Source: Utricularia gibba
Taxonomy: Eukaryota > Plantae > Magnoliophyta
NCBI GenBank assembly: GCA_002189035.1
Contig: CM007989.1
Span: 3,596,001 to 3,660,000 of the forward strand
Direction of reading: 5' to 3'
Length of the DNA stretch: 64,000 nt
Shown here one piece after another: positions 52,231 to 62,392 of the stretch. The notes below the pieces were generated by a model. It did no database searches. It worked only from the letters and a program-made list of their open reading frames with translations, and was not told the DNA's origin. The translations under genes and the position numbers were made by a program. The first letter of the stretch is position 1; each line of letters begins with the position of its first letter.

Positions 52231-53400
52231 ATGGCGCTGTGCTCTGTTGACTTGGATTCCCGAGATTGCTCACCAATGTTAACTCCTTTGTTGACGCCGG
52301 CGACCAGCGCCACCTCCAGCGGCCGCACCAGCCACGAATCTGATGAACAAAACCTCCTGAACTTCAAAATCCCCAATCCGCCGCCGTCACGCTCACATTG
52401 CAAGAAATCTCTGGCCATTCTCACCGGACACGCCGGGGCCGTCTCCTGCCTGACGCTCTGCGGCGAATTCGTTATCACCGCTTCGCGTGGCGATGATATC
52501 ATCGTGTGGCAGCACCCGGATCTGAGAGAATTCGCGAAATTCGGTTATGGTGACGGTGCAGTTAAGGCGGTATTCAGCTGCGGGAACAGAGTCTTCACGG
52601 CGCATCAGGATAGTAGAATCAGAGTATGGAGAGTTACAACCGATTCACAAAATGTGTTCAAGCTGGTAACCGCACTTCCCACGGCGAAGGATTATTTAGG
52701 AAAGTTTTTGAATCAGAGGAGCTACATCCAAACCCGGCGCCACCACAAGCGTTTGTGGATCGAGCACTCAGATAGCATTTCGTGCCTTGAAGTTTCAAAT
52801 GGATTGATATACTCTGGCTCTTGGGACAAAACTCTCAAGGTTTGGAGACTCTCTGATTTCAAATGCTTGGAATCCATAAACGCACACAGTGATGCTATAA
52901 ACTGTTTAGCTTCCAGAAATGGGATTGTGTACTCTTCCTCTGCAGATGGAACAATCAAGTCTTGGTGCAGAGACAAGAAAACCAAAACACACCGACTGAA
53001 AGCCATCTTGATGGGGCATAAAGATGTCTCATTGAACTCATTCGTTGTGTCTGATGATGGGAAGTCTGTCTACAGTGGAGGTTCTGATGGATGCGTTATC
53101 GGGTGGAGGGGGAACGATGAATTCGACTCGTTTGTGATGTTCATGGACATGAAAGCACATACAATGTCTGTGTTGTGCATGTGCTTGGTGGGAGATTTCT
53201 TGTGTTGTGGCTCAGCTGATAAGAGCATCAGCGTGTGGAGAATAGAAGGGAATGGCTTGAAGGAGCACATGGTGCTGAGAGGGCACGAGGGGGCCGTGAA
53301 ATGTTTGCAGGGGATGAGAGCAGGGGGAGGATTCATGTTGTACAGTGGGAGCATCGACAAGACAGTGAGGGTCTGGTGGGTTCCCATTGCGACAGCATAG
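52231..53400 (+). CDS. Intronless WD40-repeat protein (JINGUBANG-like family), 389 aa
   Basis: Repeated GH...WD/W motifs: GHAGAVSCL, FTAHQDSRIRVW, HSDSISCL..YSGSWDKTLKVW, AHSDAINCL and GHEGAVKCL..YSGSIDKTVRVW. Confidence 0.92.
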   Translation: MALCSVDLDSRDCSPMLTPLLTPATSATSSGRTSHESDEQNLLNFKIPNPPPSRSHCKKSLAILTGHAGAVSCLTLCGEFVITASRGDDIIVWQHPDLREFAKFGYGDGAVKAVFSCGNRVFTAHQDSRIRVWRVTTDSQNVFKLVTALPTAKDYLGKFLNQRSYIQTRRHHKRLWIEHSDSISCLEVSNGLIYSGSWDKTLKVWRLSDFKCLESINAHSDAINCLASRNGIVYSSSADGTIKSWCRDKKTKTHRLKAILMGHKDVSLNSFVVSDDGKSVYSGGSDGCVIGWRGNDEFDSFVMFMDMKAHTMSVLCMCLVGDFLCCGSADKSISVWRIEGNGLKEHMVLRGHEGAVKCLQGMRAGGGFMLYSGSIDKTVRVWWVPIATA

Positions 53401-53672
53401 AACAAGGTCATCACTATTTCTTGAATTGGTTGTTTTCTTATATTATATTGGGAAATTAGCAATTATAACATTAAATATTAATGTTTACAAGCTAGGGATA
53501 ATTACAATTCGGTGGTATAATGGGGGGATTATGATTAATTATTTGAATGTGTACTTCGCGGTGTAATTTTATTTCTAGGGTACGACAAGTTGACATAGCG
53601 GTTACGTGCAACTAATAATTAATTAATTGGTAATACATTCCCGAACACGCCTGGCCCAGGCTGTCGTTACGG

Positions 53673-56621
53673 ATGGCGGGTTTACTCACCACTCTCCGGC
53701 AACAGCCATCGTCCGCCGCTGTCAACTACCAATCCTTCACGGCGAAGCTGATCTTCATTCTGACTTTCCTTCCCCTATCTCTCGCACTTTTTGCGTTTTT
53801 TCTCCAGTGGCGAGGAGGAGACGTCCTTGATCCCGTTTCTCAATGGTCTACCGACGGATCCCGCAAGTTCCCTGGGATGGATTCATCGTCTCTCGTTACC
53901 AGTACTCAACGCTCTTCGGTTTCGTCGGATTGTTCCACGCTTGTGGGACACTCAACTGCTGCTTCATTTCCCTATTTCAGGGAATGGGAGTCCAAGCTTA
54001 ATTCCGATCTTAAGCCCAAGGTTTCTTCTTTATTTCTACGTTTTTGTTTTTTTTATCTTGGGTTTGTTTTCTTGGTTCTCTCAAGGATTCATATGAGGGT
54101 TGACTATCTTAGTTTCATAAACTGTTTTCGCCCACTCAGTCTGAAGTTCGGGTCATTTTCCGTGCCTGCATTTTTGTGCTTACTAATGTGTATATTCAAT
54201 TGATAGATTTTTTGCTCTGAAAAGACTTTTTTTTTTTTCTCACTGTGCTCTGCGCAGATATGTGTAACAACAAGCACATCTGGCGGCTTGGATCAGATTC
54301 TGCCATGGATGTTTTACCATAAAGTTATAGGGGTATCAAATTTTTTCTTGTTCGTAGAAGGGAAGGCTGCCACTCCCACCGTTTCAAAAGTTCTTCAATC
54401 CATTCCTGTGAGTTAAGATCCACTTAACTCGTTTCTTTTTAACCATGGAAATGTGTTTTTGGACTCGATTATAGATGTTCATGCCATGACTTGAAGGCTG
54501 TGTTTGATAGACGTACGATAAATGCCATGGGAACATATGCAATTAGCTCTCTATAAGTAGGTCAATACTTCGATATCAGTATCAGGGAATGCTGGAATTT
54601 TTTCTTTCAGGGAGTGAAAGTTATATTCAGGAACAGAGAGCTTGAGGAGCAACAATCTAAGAGGTACTAAACATTTTACCCGGTTTTAATCACATGTCCT
54701 ACAATTTTTGGTATTTCATTTCACTACTTTTGTTGCTAATTCAGCCGGATATGGAATGAGACCTGGTTGTCCAGTTTCTTTTACAAGCCTTGCAATTATG
54801 AGCTTTTCGTGAAACAGTCTTTGAACATGGAGATGGCAATAGTCATGGCCAGGGTATAAGTTTTTTAAGCCCCTGTCAAGTTCAAATGTTTTCAAACAAA
54901 TAAATCACGAAATTTTTCAATATGTAATGACAGGATGCTGGGATGGACTGGATACTTCACCTGGATACAGATGAGTTGATTCATCCAGCTGGTGCTCGAG
55001 AATATTCATTGCGAAGATTGTTTCTTGATGTGCCTTCGAATGTGGATATGGTTATCTTTCCGAACTATGTAAGCCATTATGTGGTTGTGTTTTACTTTGG
55101 TACCATGTTGTGTAAGAAGATGCAGCAGCCCAAGTGAGTAAACTTACCATTGTTCGCTCTTTTCAGGAAAGTAGTGTTGAACGAGATGACATCAAGGAGC
55201 CTTTCATGGAGGTAAGCATCATTCATTTTCAACAAACTTGAAAGCATGATGCAATTCGAGATTGAAAACTTTTTTGAATAACTTCCTTGACCTGCCCCAA
55301 GTGACCACATTTTGGTTTCATTGCCTTTTAGGTATCCATGTTTAAGAAAAATTACGATCATTTGCCAAAAGATACATACTTTGGCTTGTATAAGGAATCT
55401 ACACGTGGAAATCCGAATTACTTCATGACCTATGGGAATGGTAAAGCAGCTGCTCGGATACAGGATCATCTTCGCCCTAATGGTGCTCACAGATGGCAAA
55501 ATTATATGAAAACTCCAAAGTACTTCCTTTTTTCCCAGCTGCTTTCTTATTTATTACAGCATTGACAATAATGTACATTTTTTAATGATTTGATGATGAT
55601 GCGAAGAAAGCATTGATTGACAGTGAGATCACGTTAGAAGAGGCCGCTGTATTACATTATACATATGCGAAGTTCTCTGACTTGACATCTAGGCGGGATC
55701 GATGTGGATGCAAGCCTACAAAGAAAGATGTGAAACGGTGCTTCATGTTGGATTTTGATAGATCGGTAAGTGGTATCCCCTTCTACCGTTGCCTATATTT
55801 TCATTTGTTATTTTCTACCTAAAAGCACATGAAATGCGGTCATGCATATGACTCTTATACATGAAATAAATTGAAGACTCATATATTAAGTTTTGATCAC
55901 ATGGCCTGATCTTATAAGATAGCCTGTTTTTAACATCCAAGTAATTACATTGCCTGACATGAAGTGTGAGCTGTCAATTGTGTTCAATTGTATGAGTATT
56001 TTTCACTTCTTATTCTGATATCACGGTGACAAATATGACACATTTATCCAGGCATTTATAATTGCTTCAACTGCAACTGAGGAGGAGATGCTGAACTGGT
56101 AACAGTCGTGGTCCCACAAATGCTCATGTGTATGCGTTCCTTGATGTAGTGTTGAACTGTTATCTATTTCTCTGCAACAGGTACCGTGAGCATGTCGTCT
56201 GGGCTGACAAAACTCTCAACCTGAAGTTACTGAGGAAGGGAATATTAACACGCATATATGCTCCAATGGTAAGCTCTTCAATTAGAAGAAAGCCTTTTGC
56301 TAGCATGTTGTAGTCTGATTTTTGTTGTTTGTTATTCAGACCATCATCCAGGAATTGAGAGAATCCGGGGTGTTTGAATCTGTCATTGCTTCAGCGCAAG
56401 GATCATCAGAGTCCAAGAACAAATTATTGGCTTCCTCTGACATCACCAATTCTTCTCAGTCTGCTGATGCAGTAAGTTTCCACTCGCGAAAGGTGGGAAG
56501 AAATTTTGAGTCTCAAGCAAATGCAAGAAAAGTCCTTGAAACAGCATCCATATTCCAAGAGCTCGCAGTCCCACCTTTATCTCCACCGGCCATGGATGAT
56601 GACCCCGGGCACGATGCCTAA
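53673..56621 (+). CDS. KOB1: KOBITO1/ELD1/ABI8 glycosyltransferase-like protein, multi-exon
   Basis: TM segment [108 protein letters not shown] and [24 protein letters not shown]. End [12 protein letters not shown]. Confidence 0.95.
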
Positions 56622-57048
56622 CCCTCTACCTCGCTCACGGTTGCTGCTTTTGCCTTCTTTTCTATGATCAAACCCAGAGGATAGCTTTGTATCCTCCACG
56701 GTTAGTTGTAGAGAAGATGTGAGTGAGCAAGCAAGAGTTGTGTGGGGGTTCTTATAGCTGTTCCCGATCATTTACCCAAGCGCCGGTGTATAGTGCTAAC
56801 CTTCTAACAGGGAGAAGAGGAGTCCGGTTTTGTCTGGAAGGTGGAGGATGCATTTCTGGAGCTCCAAAAATTATGCATACAAATCAAGCACTTGCCTCAT
56901 CTCTCTTTGTCCGGTTTAACTGTTCTTAGTTTCCGTGTGGTTAGCAGAGTGATTTATGTCTGGAACGAGTTGCTCTGACCGAGATGCATGGTTGATGGTA
57001 ACAAATTTATTTGGGATATTGGAACTGAAAGGAAGGTAGTTGGAGCTT

Positions 57049-58395
57049 CTACGCTACCAATTTCATGTCCATTCCTAGGATATGGCACCGGAGCATGCCT
57101 CCGGCGGTCTCAGCCGCCATCTTGAGGTCCTCCAACGGCGCTCTGGGAGCGAGTTTCTTGTACATGTAGCTATCGAAAGTCATCCTCTGCACGTAATCGT
57201 TGTTGAAAATCTCCACCATGGCCTCTCTCGCAGCGTTGCTAGAGTAGAAAATGCGCTGAAGTGTGTCCAGGAACTTGAAGGTGCAGAAATATTCATCGTC
57301 CCACTTCTTCAGATACTCCCTTTTCAGATCTTGTTCATTTATCATCCTGCTCCCATTGTAGGAAGCTCGGACTATGGCCTCTCCGCACATTCTCCCGCTT
57401 TTGGCAGCGAAATATATACCCTCACCGGCGCATTTTGTCACGTATCCGGCGGCGTCGCCGACGAGCGCCGCCCTTCCCCGGACTCGCAATGGACGTGGGT
57501 GCTCTGGTATGGGGTGCGCCTCCACCTTGATGATTTTGCCGCCTCGGACCTTGTCATGTGCTCGGCTTCTAATGGCGCGCTGAAGGTGTTTGATGTTCTG
57601 CTTCGAGCATGTTGTGCCTGTTCCCACAGCTACGTGGTCGCATTTGGGGAAAACCCAAGCGTAGAAATCAGGGGAAACATCGTCACCGACGTACATCTCC
57701 GCGAGATTTTCGTAGTACTTCATCTGTTCTTCAGGAAGCTTGATTCTCTCTTGAAAAGCAATGGCGCAGGTATAATCCCCTGCTTTAATCGCTCTTGCCA
57801 CTTTGCTGTTCGCACCATCTGCTCCGATTACAACATCCACGGCAAGTGAATGCTGAGTATTCTCAGAGACATAGTGGATAATGTAAGGAGATTTCTCAGA
57901 TTCAGGTAAGTCAATATCTCTGACAAGAGCTTTGATGGGAATGGCGCCACTTTCCGTGGCTCTGAGCCTAAGGAAGTTGTCCAGAACTTCACGGCGGCAC
58001 ATGGCGATGAACTCATGATCCTTGAGTGTTTTCCCGATGTCTACAGTGACATTGGAGGGTGAAATCATCTTCATTTTGGTTACCTTTCGGTCAACAATGT
58101 GTGTGGGGATGGAGAACTCATCAAGCATGCAGAGAGGGATGGCACCACCGCAGGGCTTTGCTGCTTCGGGATTTCTTTCGAAGATGTATGTTTCGATGCC
58201 GCCAGAGGCGAGGGCCTCCGCCGTTGAGGACCCAGCTGGACCCCCTCCAATCACCGCCACCCGCAACTTTGAGCATACGATTACTGATCTGGGTTTCTTT
58301 GTTTGAAGCGCTAGGTTCTTGGATCTGAGAGTTTGGTGAGTTGGGGTTTGGAGGTGAAGATGAATAGCTCCTGATGAAATGCCGTGGGCTGCCAT
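57049..58395 (-). CDS. Intronless plastid geranylgeranyl (diphosphate) reductase, CHLP-family paralogue, 448 aa
   Basis: Transit-peptide-like N-terminus (ATG 58395). FAD motif LRVAVIGGGPAG, KPCGGAIPLCM, VIGADGANS, YVGDDVSPDFYAWVFPKCDHVAVGTGT and ALVGDAAGYVTKCAGEGIYFAAKSGRMC. Confidence 0.93.
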   Translation of the reverse strand: MAAHGISSGAIHLHLQTPTHQTLRSKNLALQTKKPRSVIVCSKLRVAVIGGGPAGSSTAEALASGGIETYIFERNPEAAKPCGGAIPLCMLDEFSIPTHIVDRKVTKMKMISPSNVTVDIGKTLKDHEFIAMCRREVLDNFLRLRATESGAIPIKALVRDIDLPESEKSPYIIHYVSENTQHSLAVDVVIGADGANSKVARAIKAGDYTCAIAFQERIKLPEEQMKYYENLAEMYVGDDVSPDFYAWVFPKCDHVAVGTGTTCSKQNIKHLQRAIRSRAHDKVRGGKIIKVEAHPIPEHPRPLRVRGRAALVGDAAGYVTKCAGEGIYFAAKSGRMCGEAIVRASYNGSRMINEQDLKREYLKKWDDEYFCTFKFLDTLQRIFYSSNAAREAMVEIFNNDYVQRMTFDSYMYKKLAPRAPLEDLKMAAETAGGMLRCHILGMDMKLVA

Positions 58396-58861
58396 TTTTC
58401 GCTGCGATATAGGAGCTCGCAAAGGCTGAAGCTTTGAGGTCAATGAGATCTAGAATAGATTTAAGCGTTCTCGTACTGGATGATGCAATTACTCCTGGAA
58501 GAATGGCCCACATTCTCAGGGGAATTATGACAGGCATACGCGCCATACTACCATGACTGTCTGCACGTATCATGTGCGCCCACTGATCTCTGAGGAACCT
58601 TTTTTGTTTTTATCATCGAGGAAGAAAGGACGATGGGGATGGAACAGAGCAGCCATCCTAGGTATAGACCAGACTCCACCCCTTATTCATGCCCGATCCA
58701 ATCCTATGAATGTGTAGACCGAATGACACCCATTCCTTTGTGGGGTATGTCCATATGGGTCTTGTCAATCATGGATACCATTGAGAAAGAAAAGCCAATA
58801 GAGCATCAAGCAAGGTATACAACATCAATAGATACAAGCTGGATTTAAAATAATTTGCATA

Positions 58862-59827
58862 TCAGTTAGTCTTAAAGCTCATGGATGCCTTGAGAATGGG
58901 TCGCCCGCTCAGGGCAGTTGTGTTTGTGACTGTGGTCATGCCTTCACTCTTTATTGATGGCAATGCAGAACACCAGAAATTCATGTATCTCTGCTTTGGT
59001 GTGCTTTTTGATCTTGCTTTCGCTGTGGATGATGCAGTCGTAGCCATGTAAGCCGGCAAAGAATCTTCTCTAGTCAAGCGACGACTTTTGGGATGGTTAT
59101 ATGATCTTCTTGATGTAGGTATAGAAGCTGATACTTCTGCACTTCTTGTTAGTGAGTCCCATCTCGGCCCACCAGGTTTACCTTTGGCAAGATGGCTATC
59201 CATCCATTGGTCTAACCAATATCTCTGTCCATGGCATTCGGTTTTCAGTGAACTCTGCCAGATTTAACAACATTCTTAACATGATTCATTTCACATGATC
59301 ACGGGAGAAGAAGACTGACCCGTTGTTTAAGGCTGTAGGACTCTCTATAAACATGTTCCTTCACGAAACTCTTGCTAAATGTACCCCAATCATAATTCCT
59401 TTGCCTGTTCCAGCTTACCTGCACATCTTTATCTTGATATCTCAAGGCTTGAGCGTTGAACTCTGACTGTAGGTTGACGATGGACTGCAGTGACTTGAGG
59501 GTGTTGATAGTATGCTTTCTAACAGCCCAGCCACGAATGAGAGCTTGCATCTTGACCACTCCCTTCAATGCTCGCAATGCTTCCCTGGACTGGATAAAAA
59601 AAACAAAATTTTGATTCATGTAAGGATCGCATCATTATACTGTTTGGTTTGGCTCTTCCTATCCATGCCACTTTTCTCACCAGATAAGCTCGGAAAGCTG
59701 CTTGGATTGTGATGGCAGCTGCTAGCTCCTGAGCCCCGTTCGACTTTGAACGGCTTGGTGCTTCAGATGATGGAGCACGTCTCTTCATTTTAAACAAGCC
59801 AAAAGCCCATCCTCGTAGCTTCGCCTT
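58862..59827 (-). CDS. Compact IQ67-domain (IQD) calmodulin-binding protein; 5' start not resolved
   Basis: AAITIQAAFRAYL|SREALRALKGVVKMQALIRGWAVRK with the phase-0 intron (59590-59680) characteristic of IQ67 genes. RYWLDQWMD. C-terminal PAYMATTASSTAKARSKSTPKQR (DUF4005-like). Confidence 0.82.
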
Positions 59828-60845
59828 CTGACAACACAAAGCATACTCCAATTGGTCGGTCTCACAAGAAACAGAACTGCCATGACAGTTTACCTTGTGA
59901 GCTCGTCCTCTTCGACATGGCTCTAATGAGCAGAGCACTTGTGTGAATCTGCCCATCTCTCCTCCTTGCTTTTCGGTCGAATCTGCACTGCAGGCAATTG
60001 TGTGTCCACTGCCCTTTAAGTGGATCCCATGCCTTGGTAACTGCTGAGACTCTGCCCGTGTGTAACATTCATTGATCTTATCTGATTTCCATTAGAAGCC
60101 TCAATGATGCCAAGATCTGTATAAGTGGGACGTCTTCCTATTCTGTAGGCCAACCATTTTTTCAGTGTATTCACGGGTTTGTCCGATGGTGGACATGATG
60201 ATCCATTCCACGCTGCCAGATTTGGCCTCTTCTTTGTCCTCAACTCTCACAGGTTTGCGCTTCAAACCTTGTTTTTATGCACGGGTGAGATGATTAAAAA
60301 TGTCCCCAAACAGCAAAAGTTAGGAGCCTCACAAGCTTCCATATGACAGACTTGGCAGAACCCACTAAAAGTTACAAGGCATCTTGGAGCTAGACTCAAG
60401 TACAACAGAAAGAGAACAGCATAACCCAAGACAACTCAGAAACTCTGCCATGAAGCAACCGGAGAAGATGAGCACTTTTAGTACCAGGAAGAACATGTAT
60501 AGGTATAACTGGTATTCACCATACAGTTTCTTTGATGAGAAAAACGATATTACCCATTCCCATATGGAAAACGAAACAAGATGAACAGGGAAGGATGCGA
60601 GCAAGTGATGCCATTGAGTATGATGAGCAGCTGAATTGCACAAAGAAAAATCAAGTCTTCCATCGATGGAAGTAGTTGCTGAAACACGATAAAAGAAAAT
60701 TTGCATTCTCTAGAAATCTGCATTGAGCACAGTTTTATCCTCAACACTCAGTGAATGGAACAAGCTCACCATAGATGACAGGACAACCCGTAGGTACAAG
60801 GGGGTTCCCGAAATTCACCTAACCTGAGAAAGAAGAGGATGCCAA

Positions 60846-61508
60846 TCACGCATCTTCACTTTTATCGTTAATGCGAAATCCTGCCTGGGGTTTACATCGC
60901 CTTGTTCTTGAAGGCAAAATGTTGTTCAAATCGACCTCAGCAAGCGGATCATCCTCAGCATCACTGTCATCGAGTCCATCGGAGGAGTTTCCGTCTGAGT
61001 CATCGCTGGAATCATCGTCATCATCGTCGTCATTCTGGGAATCTGAATCTTCATCTTCGGAGTCCACCATTTTCCCCTTTCCCTTCCTATCTACGGCAAT
61101 CCCTTTCCCTTTCACATCAGCTCTTCGTTTTACCTCATCCTCGTCTTTGTCTTGCTCAACACTATAGTCTTCTTCATCATCATCATCATCCTCCTCCTCT
61201 TCCTCATTATCATCATCGTTTTCTTCTACCAAAGCATCGCCACCTCGGAGATGATACTCTTCCAGAGGCAAAGAACCATTATTTTCATCAATCTTACGCC
61301 TCTTACCGGAAGCTGCTTCCTCTGGTTTCTCCAAACTCTCACCGGCGTCCGGAGGCACAGACCCGTTCTTCTCGGCTAATGTTTCCATCTTCCGCTTATT
61401 GCCGGGATCCGCCTCCTCTTCCGGTATCCTTACCAACGAAGTCGACCTATCAACTTTCGGTTTCCAGGAAAATTCATCGTCTCCTTCGGCAGATTTCAAC
61501 TCCGCCAT
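60846..61508 (-). CDS. Highly acidic protein with C-terminal CHZ (Chz1 histone-chaperone-like) motif, 220 aa, intronless
   Basis: Basic NLS-like stretches (KRKME, GKRRKID), long D/E tracts, KGKGIAVDRKGKGKM, and DPLAEVDLNNILPSRTRR resembling the CHZ motif. ATG 61508. Confidence 0.7.
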   Translation of the reverse strand: MAELKSAEGDDEFSWKPKVDRSTSLVRIPEEEADPGNKRKMETLAEKNGSVPPDAGESLEKPEEAASGKRRKIDENNGSLPLEEYHLRGGDALVEENDDDNEEEEEDDDDDEEDYSVEQDKDEDEVKRRADVKGKGIAVDRKGKGKMVDSEDEDSDSQNDDDDDDDSSDDSDGNSSDGLDDSDAEDDPLAEVDLNNILPSRTRRCKPQAGFRINDKSEDA

Positions 61509-62392
61509 TGATTTCTGTGTTCGGAAACTAGGGTTTTCCCCTCTACTTTCACCTGTAGCGCAACTCACAAAGGGAATTGTCGGTTATACCCCAACAGGCA
61601 AGCAGTGGAATGTGAGAGAGAACACATAAATTACCCTCCATTGAATGAAGTCATCTGGATCGCCGAAACATTAATCTGCAACAAGGATTTGCGATTCATG
61701 TGTTTGAAGCTTCATAGTATAGATTGGTGGATTAGTGAATTTTGTTTAAACGGCGGGATGCATAAAAAGCGCTAATGGATCAGCGTTCGCGCCTGGAGGC
61801 GGCTATGTCGCCAGGGGAAAGATGGCTGGGGGGCATGATCTGCAATTCAGCTCTTTAGCCAATCTGGACATATTCGAGCTCGATTTCGTTTTCGATGATC
61901 GCCTACTTAGATTAGCTGGTCCTGTTTCTAGTTCTGAGCGATTCAAACGGCTTTCGTGAGGGAAGAGCCTTACGGATTCCGCGGAATACGCGCTTGGTGT
62001 CATTGCTGGTGGACTTCTTGACGGAAGTAATGGGCTCTGGAATCCTAAACATTTCATCGGGTGAGTCTAAGTTGAATCTGGTATACGTTGGAAGCTCTTT
62101 TTTCTGCGTTCCTGATGTTAATTCTACTGCTTTACGGATGGAAGTTTTCCTTTTGGTTCCCGATTGCAGTTAAATTCAATAGCTACCGAAGCTGGGGTAG
62201 GCTATCTTTGGAACTCTCTGGGGGACCCTTGGAGTGATCTGGGGCTTTAGACAGCACAGCAGAAAACGCAGCAGCCAACAGAAGCCTGAATCTGTGAGAA
62301 GTAAAAGATGATGATATGAGGACAAAGCACTTGTTGAAACACATCTTGATGATGCGCCAAAGAAGCGATGTTGTGAAAATAACCTGTTGTTT

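Noticed and set aside
57082-57849. 255-aa plus-strand ORF and other long antisense ORFs (25779-26324, 43549-44274, 60871-61531, 63453-63818)
   Set aside because: They lie antisense to well-supported coding exons and show no family motifs.
72-61508. Co-occurrence of chromatin-related genes (EML, TERT, NRPE1, CHZ-motif gene) as a functional cluster
   Set aside because: They are interspersed with unrelated housekeeping genes. Apart from the tight NRPE1-TERT junction, nothing indicates more than ordinary synteny.
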